Of a stretch of 64,000 bases of DNA, positions 15,974-25,754 are shown one piece after another. The stretch spans positions 1,075 through 65,074 of the forward strand of contig CATLAL010000006.1 of assembly GCA_949878425.1 (NCBI GenBank), read 5' to 3'. Below the pieces are notes generated by a model that worked only from the letters and a program-made list of their open reading frames with translations, was not told where the DNA came from and did not search any database. Numbering within the stretch: position 1 is the first letter of the stretch; each line of letters starts with the position of its first letter. Source of the DNA: an uncultured Oscillospiraceae bacterium (GTDB taxonomy: Bacteria > Bacillota > Clostridia > Oscillospirales > Oscillospiraceae). The position numbers were made by a program, and so were the translations under genes.

Positions 15974-16172
15974 GTCGCTGGTCCTGAAAAACCGCCTGAA
16001 GGAGGCCCGGGCGGAGCACGGACTCTCCCAGGCGGAGCTGGCGGCGCTGGTGGGGGTTTCACGCAACACCATCAGCTCCATCGAAACCGGCCAGTTCAGC
16101 CCTACCGCCAAGCTGGCCCTGATCCTCTGCATCGCCCTGGACAAGCGGTTTGAGGAGCTCTTCTACTTTTAG
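15966..16172 (+). CDS. Small XRE-family helix-turn-helix transcriptional regulator
   Basis: 68 aa. LKNRLKEARAEHGLSQAELAALVGVSRNTISSIETGQFSPT is a classic Cro/C1 HTH. GTG start. Confidence 0.8.
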   Translation: MDESLVLKNRLKEARAEHGLSQAELAALVGVSRNTISSIETGQFSPTAKLALILCIALDKRFEELFYF

Positions 16173-16239
16173 GAGCCGCCTGTACCGTTAACGCACTTGA
16201 GGGCGCGCAATATTTGCGCTCCCTCAAAGCCCTTGCCTG

Positions 16240-16292
16240 CCGCATAAAAACGCGGGTCTCTCCCATAGGGAGAGACCCGCGTTTTTATGCGG
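16240..16292. terminator. Bidirectional intrinsic terminator
   Basis: CCGCATAAAAACGCGGGTCTCTCCC-ata-GGGAGAGACCCGCGTTTTTATGCGG. Perfect stem with an internal A-run and T-run on the two arms. Confidence 0.7.
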
Positions 16293-16338
16293 TGAAAGCC
16301 GGCTGCACTCCCGCAGGCCCTCTCTTTCAGACGCTGGT

Positions 16339-16492
16339 TATATAGTAACCGCAGTTGAGAACGAGTAAAAGTTGGGCTCCGCTCTCCGGTTAAAAGTTTA
16401 CAAACATTATCGGGCAAAAATTCAGGAATAGCACCGGCTTTAGGCTCGCATTAAAGTTCTTTTTGATACTTTTTTCTTTCAAGAAAAAGTAT
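16339..16492. repeat. Partial repeat units: CAGTTGA-family 5' terminus plus hairpin module abutting the rsmI stop
   Basis: TATATAGTAACCGCAGTTGAGAACGAGTAAAAGTTGGGCTCCGC (16339-16382) and AAGTTCTTTTTGATACTTTTTTCTTTcAAGAAAAAGTAT (16453-16492). Confidence 0.55.
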
Positions 16493-17334
16493 TATTCCCT
16501 CTCCCGCTCCGCCTCCAGGGCCGCCTCGTAGAGCCGGTTGCGGCTCAGGCCCGCGGCCTCGGCCACCTGCCCCACGGCCTCCTTCATCCGCAGGCCAGCC
16601 TCCCGGCGCTCCAGCACCAGCTCCACGGCCTCCTCCAGGGAGAGCTCCGGGGACGCCGGCTCCGGCCCGCCGGCCACCACCAGCACGAACTCCCCTCTGG
16701 GTTCCACCTCCCGGTAGTAGGCCTCCGCCTGGGCCAGAGTGGTCCGGCGGACCTCCTCGTGGAGCTTGGTCAGCTCCCGGCACAGGGCCACGGGCCTGTC
16801 GCCAAAGGCGGCGTGAAGGTCCTCTAGCGTGGCGCGGAGCTTGTGGGGCGCCTCATAGAAGATCATGGTACGCCGCTCCGTCAGGAGGGATTGCAGGTGC
16901 TCCCGCCGGCTCTTTTTGTTTACGGAGAGAAACCCCTCAAAGGTGAACCGGCCCGCGGCCAGACCGCTGACCGCCAGAGCGCTGACGAGGGCGCAGCAGC
17001 CGGGGATGGACGCCACCGGCACGCCCGCGCTGGCGCACAGCTTCACCAGGTCCTCCCCCGGGTCGCTGATGGCTGGGGTGCCGGCATCTGTCACCAGAGC
17101 GCAGCTCTCCCCCGCCAGCAGCCGCTCCAGAATCGCCGGCCCCGCTGACGCCCGGTTGTGCTGGTGGTAGCTTACCAGGGGCTTTTTCAGACCCAGGTGG
17201 TTTAGAAGCTTCAGGGAAACCCGGGTGTCCTCGGCGGCGATGAAGTCCACAGCCTCCAGCGTCCCGGCGGCTCGGGGACTGAAATCCCCTAAATTGCCGA
17301 TGGGCGTGGCCACCAGGTACAGCGTCCCGCTCAA
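16492..17334 (-). CDS. rsmI: 16S rRNA (cytidine1402-2'-O)-methyltransferase
   Basis: 280 aa. GTLYLVATPIGNLGDFSPRA...IAAEDTR...SDAGTPAISDPG are typical RsmI motifs. Confidence 0.9.
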   Translation of the reverse strand: MSGTLYLVATPIGNLGDFSPRAAGTLEAVDFIAAEDTRVSLKLLNHLGLKKPLVSYHQHNRASAGPAILERLLAGESCALVTDAGTPAISDPGEDLVKLCASAGVPVASIPGCCALVSALAVSGLAAGRFTFEGFLSVNKKSRREHLQSLLTERRTMIFYEAPHKLRATLEDLHAAFGDRPVALCRELTKLHEEVRRTTLAQAEAYYREVEPRGEFVLVVAGGPEPASPELSLEEAVELVLERREAGLRMKEAVGQVAEAAGLSRNRLYEAALEAERERE

Positions 17335-18179
17335 GAGGCGCTCCTCGCCTCGTCGGGGATGGTGAACTCCGTGGCGCTGTTGATATTGGAGCAGGTCAGC
17401 ACAATCACCATTTTGGGGATGCGCATGGCCAGTCCAGCCTCCGCGCCGCCGGCGCTCTCCATGATGTTCTGAACCAGGGCGTCCATAATGCCAGTCATAT
17501 CCATCTCATAGCGGATGGGGAACAGATCCTCCTGGCTGATCCAGAGGGATACCGTGATATCGCCCAGTCCGGAGAGCATGCTCTCCAGCTCGCTACCGCT
17601 CAGGCCCAGGCTGCCGCCCATAGAGTCCAGCGCGCCGGAGGAGCGCATCACTTCCTCCATCTCCCTGCCGGTAATGGCGCCTGTGTACTTATAGGCCTCC
17701 ACGCCGTCCACAAGCTCCGTACCCGCCTGGGTGAAGGAGGCGACGCTGTCCATGTAGCCGCCCATCTCGCCGCTAAAGTCGTACTCCTCCAGCTCCGCCG
17801 GGGTGGCCTGCTGGACCTGCCAGCCAGAGCCGTCCTGCTGTAGATACATTGTATAGCCGCCCGCGCCGTCCTCCTCAGCGTAGAGCGCCATGTAGGGCAC
17901 CGTGACGGCCTCGCCCATCAGCCCGACCTCCATGCTCATATCCATTTTCAGGCGCATGGGGTCGTTAAAAACCGTCATGTTCATGGTAGTGACGCTCTCC
18001 ATCACCTCTCCGGCGATCTCCATGTCCAGCTCCATCACCATCGTGCCGTCCATGCTGGTGACGGCGTCCATATTCGCCCGGGCGGCGGACAGGGGATCGT
18101 CTCCTCCGCCTCCCGGACCGCCGCAGGCGGTGAGCGTCATCAGCATCACCAGTACTCCGGAAAGAATCTTCTTTTTCAT
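17331..18179 (-). CDS. Met/Glu-rich lipoprotein of unknown function
   Basis: MKKKILSGVLVMLMTLTACGG (signal peptide plus lipobox LTAC). 282 aa. 4 nt overlap with the rsmI start. Confidence 0.7.
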   Translation of the reverse strand: MKKKILSGVLVMLMTLTACGGPGGGGDDPLSAARANMDAVTSMDGTMVMELDMEIAGEVMESVTTMNMTVFNDPMRLKMDMSMEVGLMGEAVTVPYMALYAEEDGAGGYTMYLQQDGSGWQVQQATPAELEEYDFSGEMGGYMDSVASFTQAGTELVDGVEAYKYTGAITGREMEEVMRSSGALDSMGGSLGLSGSELESMLSGLGDITVSLWISQEDLFPIRYEMDMTGIMDALVQNIMESAGGAEAGLAMRIPKMVIVLTCSNINSATEFTIPDEARSAS

Positions 18180-18357
18180 GGGTTGTCATCTCCTGCAAAA
18201 GATTTTAAAAGCCGTACTCACAAGCGGAGGCTGCCGAACGGGCCAGACGGCGTTCCACGCTTCTGGATACAGCGGGGCTCTGCCCCGCCTCTATTGTATC
18301 ACCCCGCCTGGAGGTTGACAAGAGGGATTTTCGCCCCCCGCGTCCCGCGCAAACGCC

Positions 18358-18386
18358 TTGCAAAGAGCGGCGGGATCCGATATAAT
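18358..18386 (+). promoter_or_regulatory. Promoter candidate for tdk
   Basis: TTGCAA, 17 nt spacer, TATAAT. Confidence 0.5.
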
Positions 18387-18455
18387 GGCTCCACAGAGGC
18401 TGCTGCCCGGTTTCCCGCAGGGGAAATCAAAATTTTCACGGATGGAGAAGAGTCA

Positions 18456-19049
18456 ATGGCACAACTGTACTTTAAATATGGGGCCATGGGGTCCAGCAAG
18501 ACGGCCAACGCGCTGATGGCCCGTTTCAACTACGAGGAGCGGGGGCAGAGCGCCCTCATGGTCAAGCCCCAGCTGGACACCCGGGACGGGGACCACATGG
18601 TCTACTCCCGCATCGGCCTGACCCACCCCTGCATCTACTTTCACGAGCTGCGCGCCATGAGCGAGGAGGAGCTGGAGCGGCACGACTGTATTATCGTTGA
18701 CGAGGCGCAGTTCCTCACCCGGGAGGAGGTTCACTACCTGGTCCATCTGGTGGACGACTGGGATATCCCGGTGATGTGCTACGGCCTGCGGGCCGACTTC
18801 AAGGGGGAGCTGTTTCCTGGCAGCTATGAGCTGCTGGTGATGGCCGACAAGCTGGAGGAGGTCAAGACCATCTGCTGGTGTGGAAAAAAGGCTGCCTTCA
18901 ACGCCCGGTTCGATGAGAACGGCAAGGTACTCAAAGAGGGGGCCCAGGTGGTCCTGGGAGCCAATGACAAGTACATCGGCCTGTGCCGCCGCCACTGGAT
19001 GGCGGGGGATCTGGGACCGGATTTCGATCTGCGGGGAGCGGGAGACTGA
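18456..19049 (+). CDS. tdk: Thymidine kinase
   Basis: Start MAQLYFKYGAMGSSKT (P-loop), IIVDEAQFL, and C-terminal zinc-ribbon cysteines CWCG...GLCRRHW. The track ORF start 18183 is an upstream extension. Confidence 0.9.
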   Translation: MAQLYFKYGAMGSSKTANALMARFNYEERGQSALMVKPQLDTRDGDHMVYSRIGLTHPCIYFHELRAMSEEELERHDCIIVDEAQFLTREEVHYLVHLVDDWDIPVMCYGLRADFKGELFPGSYELLVMADKLEEVKTICWCGKKAAFNARFDENGKVLKEGAQVVLGANDKYIGLCRRHWMAGDLGPDFDLRGAGD

Positions 19050-19053
19050 GCGG

Positions 19054-19248
19054 TTACGCCAGTTCCCTGCTAATCAGCGTGTCGGCGATATGGAGCGCCT
19101 TGACCCGCCGCTTTGCCAGCGTGAGCTGGGATTTGTATCTCTCCGGGTTCTCCTTTGCCTCCAAGGTTTTTATGGTTTCCTCCAATTTATGCAGAATTGA
19201 GCCGATCTGCCGCCGGGCCTCCAGCAGCTCCTCCTTGGAAAATTCCAT
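19054..19248 (-). CDS. Small conserved-looking helical hypothetical protein
   Basis: Start MEFSKEELLEARRQ behind RBS gaggagg. 64 aa. No motif recognised. Confidence 0.5.
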   Translation of the reverse strand: MEFSKEELLEARRQIGSILHKLEETIKTLEAKENPERYKSQLTLAKRRVKALHIADTLISRELA

Positions 19249-19324
19249 GGATTCCTCCTCATAAGCATACATCAAATGGCGCGGTATGGTTCAGCATACC
19301 GCGCCATTTGCTCTCATTGACCAG

Positions 19325-19399
19325 CGAAACGGAGTTTCGCGCAAAGCGTTTTTCTTTTTGATCCGTTTTCTTTTTTAAAAAAGAAAACGGATGTATGCC
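19325..19399. repeat. Partial modular repeat abutting the leuS stop
   Basis: GCGAAACggaGTTTCGCGCAAA, then TTTTTCTTTTTGATCCGTTTTCTTTTTTAAAAAAGAAAACGGATGTATGCC (variant stem CCG/CGG). Confidence 0.6.
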
Positions 19400-19407
19400 G
19401 AATACGC

Positions 19408-21846
19408 CTACTTCCCGGGCTTCACGATCAGGTTTACCAGCTTATTCTTCACGTAGATCACCTTCACGATCTCCATGCCCTCGAGGGCCCGGGCCACCTT
19501 GTCCACGGTCTTGGCGGCCTCCACCACGGCGGCCTCATCGCTGTCCACGGGAACACGGACGGCGCCCCGGAGCTTGCCCTGGACCTGGACGGCCATCTCC
19601 ACTGCGGAGGCCACGGTCTTGCTCTCGTCGTAGACGGGCCAGCTCATCTCACAGACCATCTTTCCCGTCTCCCCGGCAAAGCCCAGTCTCTCCCACAGCT
19701 CCTCGCAGATATGGGGGGCAAAGGGGCTCAGCACAGTGACGAGGGTGCGCATGTCGCCCCTGGAGCAGCCGTTGGCGTAGAAGTCGTTGACCAGGGCCAT
19801 CATGGCGGCGATGGCGGTGTTGAACTTCATGGCCTCGATGTCGTCGGCCACCTTCTTGATGGTCTTATGGATACCGGACTCGTTGGCGGGGGTGTAGTCC
19901 GGGCTGTCCGTGCAGCTCTCCGCCAGGTTCCACACCCGGTCCAAAAACCGCTTGCAGCCCTTCACCGCGTTGTCGGACCAGGCGGCGGCCTTCTCAAAGT
20001 CGCCGATGAACATGATATACATGCGCAGAGTGTCCGCGCCGTAGGCGGCCACGATGTCGTCCGGGTTCACCACGTTGCCCCGGCTCTTGCTCATCTTCTC
20101 GCCGCCCTCGCCCAGGATCATGCCGTGGCTGGTGCGCTTCCGGTAGGGCTCCTTGGTGGGGACCACGCCGATGTCGTAGAGGAACTTGTGCCAGAACCGG
20201 GAGTAGAGCAGGTGGAGGGTGGTGTGCTCCATGCCGCCGTTGTACCAGTCCACCGGGGACCAGTAGTCCAGGGCCTCCCTGGAGGCCAGGGCCTTGTCGT
20301 TGTGGGGGTCCATATAGCGCAGGAAGTACCAGCTGGACCCGGCCCACTGGGGCATGGTGTCCGTCTCCCGCTTGGCGGGAGCACCGCAGCAGGGGCAGGT
20401 GGTCTTGACCCAATCCGTTATCTTGCTCAGGGGACTCTCGCCGTCGTCAGTGGGCTCGTAGGACTCCACCTCCGGCAGCAGCAGGGGCAGCTGGTCCTCC
20501 GGCAGGGGCTGCCAGCCGCACGTCTCGCAGTACACCATGGGGATGGGCTCGCCCCAGTAGCGCTGGCGGGAGAACACCCAGTCCCGGAGCTTGTAGTTGA
20601 CCTTGGCCTCGCCGATGCCCTTCTCCTCCAGCCATTTGGTGATCACCGGAATGGCGTCCTTGACCGTGAGGCCGTTGAGGAAGTCGGAATTGACCAGGAT
20701 GCCGGTCTCGTCCTTGGCGGTGAAGGCGGCCTTCTGCACGTCCTCCCCGCCGGAGACCACCTCCACGATCTCACAGCCGAACTTCTTGGCAAACTCCCAG
20801 TCCCGGTCGTCGTGGGCGGGCACAGCCATGATGGCGCCGGTGCCGTAGGTGGCCAGGACGTAGTCGGAGATGAAGATGGGGATCTCCCGGCCGTTCACCG
20901 GATTCACCGCCCGGACGCCGTCCAGACACACGCCGGTCTTTTCCTTGTTCAGCTCCGTGCGCTCCAGGTCGCTCTTGGAGGCGGCGGCGCGCTGGTAGTC
21001 CTGCACGGCGGAGGCGTTTTTCAGCAGGGACATCCACCTTTTGAGGAGCTCGTGCTCCGGGGAGAGGACCATGTAGGTGGCCCCGAAAAGGGTGTCGGGC
21101 CGGGTGGTAAAAACCACGATGTCGTCCCCGGTAGTGGCCTTGAAGGTGACCTCCGCGCCGGTGGAGCGGCCGATCCAGTTCTTCTGCTGGGTCTTTACCC
21201 GCTCGATAAAGTCCAGATCGTCCAGGTCGTCGATGAGCCGCTGGGCGTAGGCGGTAATCCTGAGCATCCACTGGCTCTTCTCCTTGCGGATGACGGCGCT
21301 GCCGCAGCGCTCGCAGACGCCCTCCACCACCTCCTCATTAGCCAGCACGCACTTGCAGGAGGTGCACCAGTTCACCGGCATGGTGGCCTTGTAGGCCAGG
21401 CCCTTCTTGTAGAGCTGGAGGAAGATCCACTGGGTCCACTTGTAGTAGCTGGGGTCGGTGGTGTCCACCACCCGGTCCCAGTCAAAGCCGTAGCCCAGCC
21501 GCTTGAGCTGCTCTGTGAAATGGGCGATGTTGTTCCGCGTGACCACCGCCGGATGGATGTGGTTTTTGATGGCGTAGTTCTCCGTGGGCAGGCCGAAGGC
21601 GTCGAAGCCCATGGGGAAGAGCACGTTATAGCCGTCCATGCGCTTTTTCCGGGTGACGATGTCCATGGCCGTGTAGGGCCGGGGATGGCCCACATGCAGC
21701 CCCTGGCCCGAGGGGTAGGGGAACTCAATGAGTCCATAGAACTTGGGCTTATCGCTGCGGTCGGAGGCGGCGAACACCTTGGCCTCCTCCCACTTCTTCT
21801 GCCATTTAGGCTCAATCGCTGCAAATTCGTACTTCACTTTGATCAC
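19408..21846 (-). CDS. leuS: Leucine--tRNA ligase
   Basis: [11 protein letters not shown] (HIGH) and KMSKSRGN (KMSKS) motifs. Start set to GTG 21846 ([19 protein letters not shown]) behind RBS agaggaaag. The longer track ORF (to 21927) would run through the predicted promoter. Confidence 0.92.
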   Translation of the reverse strand: MIKVKYEFAAIEPKWQKKWEEAKVFAASDRSDKPKFYGLIEFPYPSGQGLHVGHPRPYTAMDIVTRKKRMDGYNVLFPMGFDAFGLPTENYAIKNHIHPAVVTRNNIAHFTEQLKRLGYGFDWDRVVDTTDPSYYKWTQWIFLQLYKKGLAYKATMPVNWCTSCKCVLANEEVVEGVCERCGSAVIRKEKSQWMLRITAYAQRLIDDLDDLDFIERVKTQQKNWIGRSTGAEVTFKATTGDDIVVFTTRPDTLFGATYMVLSPEHELLKRWMSLLKNASAVQDYQRAAASKSDLERTELNKEKTGVCLDGVRAVNPVNGREIPIFISDYVLATYGTGAIMAVPAHDDRDWEFAKKFGCEIVEVVSGGEDVQKAAFTAKDETGILVNSDFLNGLTVKDAIPVITKWLEEKGIGEAKVNYKLRDWVFSRQRYWGEPIPMVYCETCGWQPLPEDQLPLLLPEVESYEPTDDGESPLSKITDWVKTTCPCCGAPAKRETDTMPQWAGSSWYFLRYMDPHNDKALASREALDYWSPVDWYNGGMEHTTLHLLYSRFWHKFLYDIGVVPTKEPYRKRTSHGMILGEGGEKMSKSRGNVVNPDDIVAAYGADTLRMYIMFIGDFEKAAAWSDNAVKGCKRFLDRVWNLAESCTDSPDYTPANESGIHKTIKKVADDIEAMKFNTAIAAMMALVNDFYANGCSRGDMRTLVTVLSPFAPHICEELWERLGFAGETGKMVCEMSWPVYDESKTVASAVEMAVQVQGKLRGAVRVPVDSDEAAVVEAAKTVDKVARALEGMEIVKVIYVKNKLVNLIVKPGK

Positions 21847-21908
21847 ACTTTCCTCTATAGTAGTCCGGCTTCCTCCCGGCAAATGCTCATACCGGGCTAT
21901 TATATCGG

Positions 21909-21937
21909 ATTTTTTGACAGATTGCAAGGGGGCCGCG
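21909..21937 (-). promoter_or_regulatory. Promoter candidate for leuS (no T-box leader)
   Basis: Minus strand TTGCAA, 17 nt spacer, TATAAT. Only about 60 nt to the start codon. Confidence 0.5.
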
Positions 21938-22014
21938 GCAAGTTTTCACGCTTCCTCCTCCGCGTATCGTCAACGGCCGCGCCGCAGAATTTAAAAAGGG
22001 TCAAGTGATTCTTT

Positions 22015-23892
22015 TCAAGTGCGGTCACTATAGTACTGGGCCTGGGCATTCCAGAGCTCCCGGTACTTGCCCTCCTCCGCCAGGAGCGCGTCGTGGTTCC
22101 CCTGCTGCACGATCCCGCCGCCGTCAAAGACCAGTATCTCGTCGCAGAACCGGCAGCTGGAGAGCCGGTGGCTGATATACACGGCCGTCTTGTCCCCCAG
22201 GATGCTGTTGAAGCTGGAGTAGACCTCCGCCTCCGCCACCGGGTCCAGGGCCGCCGTAGGCTCGTCCAGGACGATGAAGGGCGCGTCCTTGTAGAGGGCC
22301 CGGGCCAGGGCGATCTTCTGGGCCTCGCCGCCAGAGATCTCCACGCCGCCCTTGTCAAAATCCTTGTAGAGGCAGGTTTCCAGGCCCTCCGGCATCTTCT
22401 CCAGCCGCTCGCCGAACCCCGCCAGCTCCAGGCAGCGCGCCGCCCGCTCCCGGTCGTAGTCCACCGCCGCCGCCACGTTCTGCCCCAGGGGCAGGGCCAG
22501 CAGCTTGAAGTCCTGGAACACTACGGAGAACAGGTCCAGGTACTCGTCATAGCGGTACTTGCGGATATCGATCCCGTTGAGGAGAATCCGGCCCTCCGTT
22601 GGGTCGTAGAGGCGGCAGAGGAGCTTAATGAAGGTGGTCTTTCCGCTGCCGTTTTGGCCCACCACCGCCAGACGCCGTCCCACGGTGAACCTCATGTTCA
22701 CGTGGCGCAGGGCATAAGCTTCGCTGCCGGGGTAGCGGAAGGACACGTCCTCAAACTCGATGCTGTAGCGCCTGTCGGAGCGCTTCTCCGTGGTCAGGCT
22801 GCCCTGGTACATCCGGTTGGGGGTATCCAGGAACCGGAACACCGGCTTGAGATACTCCCCGTTGTTGCCCATATCCCCCAGGGCCTGGAGGCACTTTGCC
22901 ACGCCGCCCGCCAGGGCCGTCACCGCGGCGATATACTGGGTCACCGCGCCCACGCCGAAGGCCCCGCCGTAGGCCTTGAGGCAGGCGAAGAGGTACACGC
23001 ACCCCGTGAATAGGCGGCTCACCGCCTCCGAGGCCGCCTTGTACAGGCCCATGGGGCCCCTGGCGTATCCCGCCATCTCGGATTTCTCGGTAAACCCGGT
23101 GTCAATGTTTTCCTCGTACTTCCGGTCAAAGAGCCTATCCTGCCGGTAGGTGCGGATATCCAAGCCCCGCCCCCGCTCGCGGATGGCGGCATAGGTGTAA
23201 AAGGAGAAAATCCGGTTGCCCAGCCGCGCCGCTTCGCCGCTTCTCGCCCAGTAGGCCTGCCCCCGGTTGTAGAGCGCGGGGGAGAGGACCGCGGCGGTGA
23301 GCAGGATCAGAAGCATCACCGCCAGGCTCAGGGGGTGGTTGAGCCAGGCGAGGCCGCTGTCCGGGCGCACCCGGCTGGTGAAGAGCCCCACCGAGAGGGC
23401 CACGGAGCCGGTGATCCGGGTGAGGGCGGTAATCAGATTCTCAAACTGCTCCTGCACCCTGGGCAGGCCCCAGCCGGCCCAGTTGGCGTTCTGCCGGATG
23501 AGGGCGTAGAGCCCGTGGATCTCCGGGTCGTCCACGTCGCGGAAATCCATATGGAGCAGCTTTTCAAAGTAGTTTTTTGCCATGACATAGTCCCTGCCGG
23601 CCTGGACCGCCTCCTTCCAGCGGCCGCACAGTGCCCCCGCCAGGCCCGCCGCCGCCGAGGCCAGCAGCAGCGCCAGCGTCAGGCGCAGCAGGACCGCCGG
23701 GTCCCGGCCCCCCGCCAGCTCGTCAATGAGCCGGGCCGTAAAGTACATCCCGATGTAGGGCGCGGCGGCCCTCACCGCGCAGGAGGACGCCGCTGAGAGG
23801 AAAATCTGGGGGTCCAGCCGCCACCACAGGGCAAAGGCCCGCTTGTTATAGCGCGCCGCCTCCCGCAGCCCCGCCATCCGATTCCTACTCAT
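22015..23892 (-). CDS. ABC exporter, fused permease/ATPase (heterodimer partner 2)
   Basis: 625 aa. N-terminal TM region. GQNGSGKTT (Walker A), SGGEAQKIALARAL (signature), FIVLDEPTAALD (Walker B). Confidence 0.9.
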   Translation of the reverse strand: MSRNRMAGLREAARYNKRAFALWWRLDPQIFLSAASSCAVRAAAPYIGMYFTARLIDELAGGRDPAVLLRLTLALLLASAAAGLAGALCGRWKEAVQAGRDYVMAKNYFEKLLHMDFRDVDDPEIHGLYALIRQNANWAGWGLPRVQEQFENLITALTRITGSVALSVGLFTSRVRPDSGLAWLNHPLSLAVMLLILLTAAVLSPALYNRGQAYWARSGEAARLGNRIFSFYTYAAIRERGRGLDIRTYRQDRLFDRKYEENIDTGFTEKSEMAGYARGPMGLYKAASEAVSRLFTGCVYLFACLKAYGGAFGVGAVTQYIAAVTALAGGVAKCLQALGDMGNNGEYLKPVFRFLDTPNRMYQGSLTTEKRSDRRYSIEFEDVSFRYPGSEAYALRHVNMRFTVGRRLAVVGQNGSGKTTFIKLLCRLYDPTEGRILLNGIDIRKYRYDEYLDLFSVVFQDFKLLALPLGQNVAAAVDYDRERAARCLELAGFGERLEKMPEGLETCLYKDFDKGGVEISGGEAQKIALARALYKDAPFIVLDEPTAALDPVAEAEVYSSFNSILGDKTAVYISHRLSSCRFCDEILVFDGGGIVQQGNHDALLAEEGKYRELWNAQAQYYSDRT

Positions 23893-25696
23893 GCTCCATA
23901 GCCCCCTTCCGGTAGTACTTGCTCTGGACCTCGTAGAGCCCCGCGTAGATGCCGCCCCTGGCCATCAGCTCCTCGTGGGTCCCCTCCTCGGCGATGCGCC
24001 CCTCCTCCAGCAGGAGGATGCGGTCGCAGAAGCGGGTGGAGGCCAGACGGTGGGAGATATAGACGGAGGAGCAGTTCTCCGTCAGCTCGTTGTATTTCCG
24101 GTACAGGTCGCTCTCCGCGATGGGGTCCAGGGCCGCGGTGGGCTCGTCCAGCACCACGATGGGGCTGTTCTTATAGAGGGCCCGGGCCAGCATCAGCCGC
24201 TGGAGCTCGCCGCCGGAGAGCTCCACCGCGTCCTCGTAGACCTCCCGGCTCAGCTCAGTATCCATCCCCTTGGGCAGGGCATCCACCCGCTCCGCCAGCC
24301 CCGCCTGGTCCAGGCAGCGGCCCACCCGCTCCCGGTCGATGCCGTCCATGCTCTGGGCCACGTTCTCCGCCACCGTGGCCGCCAGAAGGTAGCACTCCTG
24401 AAACACCGCGGAGAAGTGGGCGTAGTAGTCCCGCCGGTCGTACTGGCGGATGTCCTGGCCGTCCAGCAGCACCGCGCCCTCCGTGGGGTCGTAGAACCCG
24501 CAGAGCAGCTTGATGAGGGTGGTCTTGCCCGCGCCGTTGAGGCCCACCACCGCCAGCTTCTCGCCGGGGCGGAGGGTGAGGTCCATGTGGGAAATGGTGT
24601 CCCTCTCCGCGCCGGGGTAGCGGAAGGTGACGTCCCGCAGCTCCACGGTGTGGCGCTGGCCGGGGACAGGGGGCAGGGGCTTGCCGTCCGCGAAGCGGAA
24701 GGACTCCTCCGCCTCCAGGAATTCCCGCATGACGCTGAGCTCCGCGCTCTGCCGGTGGAGGGTGTTGAGATTGCCCAAAATGCCGGTCACCCAGCTGGTA
24801 AAGCCGCCCACGGCGGAGAAGTAGAGCAGAAATTCCGGCGCGGTCAGCCCGCCCTCCAGGGCCAGCCGGATCAGGTAGCCGTAGGCGATGCCGTTGCGCA
24901 GAAAGGCCAGCAGCACGTCCAGGGCGTCCGCCCAGAGGCACATGCGGGCCGCCCTGGCCTGAAAGTCCCGGTACAGCTCCAGATAGCGGTCAAAGAGGTC
25001 CGCCAGCCAGGGACCCAGGCCGAAGATGCGCACGTCCTTGGCCAGGGACCGGTCCCGGGCCCGGATGGCGGCGTAGGACAGCCGGTGCTGAATGGCGGCC
25101 ACCTCCTCCCGGTGGCGGTAGCGCCACTGGCGAATCCGCGTGCCGGCCAGGTAGCTTGTCACGGCGGTGGCCGTGGTCACCGCCAGGACGAGGGGGCCCA
25201 CCTGGGCCAGCAGGAGCAGATAGACGGCAAAGCTGACCGTGTTTACCGACAGGTCCGTCAGCGTGGTCCACACCGCCTCCGCCGCGTCGGAATTGTTGCT
25301 TATGGACTTTAAGGCCCGCTCCGTCCAGTCCAGGAACTTGGGGTCCTCGGTGTGGGGGTAGGAGGTCCGGCAGAATTTCAGGTGGACCTCGTTGCTGAGA
25401 TTGGCCCGGATCCGGACCCGCCCGAACATGACGTTGGCATTCAGATAGGTCTGGAGGCAGTAGACCGCCAGCATGGCGGCGGAAAATCCCGCGATGAGCC
25501 CCAGCAGGCTCCCCACCTCCGCGGCGCTCTCCACCGCCCGCAGAACCGCCGGCACTACGAACAGCTCCAGCAGGTTCACCGCCACGCCCACCGCCACAAC
25601 GGCCAGGGCCAGGTACAGAATGCTCCGGCACTCCCGCCAGGCCCTGTCCGCCATGTAGCGGGTGTTCTGCCAGGCGCCGTATTTGGGTTTGCTCAT
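23885..25696 (-). CDS. ABC exporter, fused permease/ATPase (heterodimer partner 1)
   Basis: Start MSKPKYGAW behind RBS gggaggtg. GLNGAGKTT, SGGELQRLMLARAL, IVVLDEPTAALD. 8 nt overlap with the downstream partner. Confidence 0.9.
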   Translation of the reverse strand: MSKPKYGAWQNTRYMADRAWRECRSILYLALAVVAVGVAVNLLELFVVPAVLRAVESAAEVGSLLGLIAGFSAAMLAVYCLQTYLNANVMFGRVRIRANLSNEVHLKFCRTSYPHTEDPKFLDWTERALKSISNNSDAAEAVWTTLTDLSVNTVSFAVYLLLLAQVGPLVLAVTTATAVTSYLAGTRIRQWRYRHREEVAAIQHRLSYAAIRARDRSLAKDVRIFGLGPWLADLFDRYLELYRDFQARAARMCLWADALDVLLAFLRNGIAYGYLIRLALEGGLTAPEFLLYFSAVGGFTSWVTGILGNLNTLHRQSAELSVMREFLEAEESFRFADGKPLPPVPGQRHTVELRDVTFRYPGAERDTISHMDLTLRPGEKLAVVGLNGAGKTTLIKLLCGFYDPTEGAVLLDGQDIRQYDRRDYYAHFSAVFQECYLLAATVAENVAQSMDGIDRERVGRCLDQAGLAERVDALPKGMDTELSREVYEDAVELSGGELQRLMLARALYKNSPIVVLDEPTAALDPIAESDLYRKYNELTENCSSVYISHRLASTRFCDRILLLEEGRIAEEGTHEELMARGGIYAGLYEVQSKYYRKGAMEHE

Positions 25697-25720
25697 TTTG
25701 ATCACCTCCCCCGTAGCATA

Positions 25721-25754
25721 ACACAAAAATCCCCCGATTGGTCAATCGGGGGAT
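25721..25754 (-). terminator. Intrinsic-terminator-like hairpin overlapping the kinase stop, immediately upstream of the ABC gene RBS
   Basis: Minus strand ATCCCCCGATT-gacc-AATCGGGGGAT followed by TTTTGTGTT. The ABC start codon is about 25 nt further on. Confidence 0.5.

Noticed and set aside
21847-22014. Looked for a Leu T-box upstream of leuS.
   Set aside because: No GGTGGTACCGCG-like sequence or terminator is present. The promoter-like TTGCAA-17-TATAAT leaves a 5' UTR of only about 60 nt.
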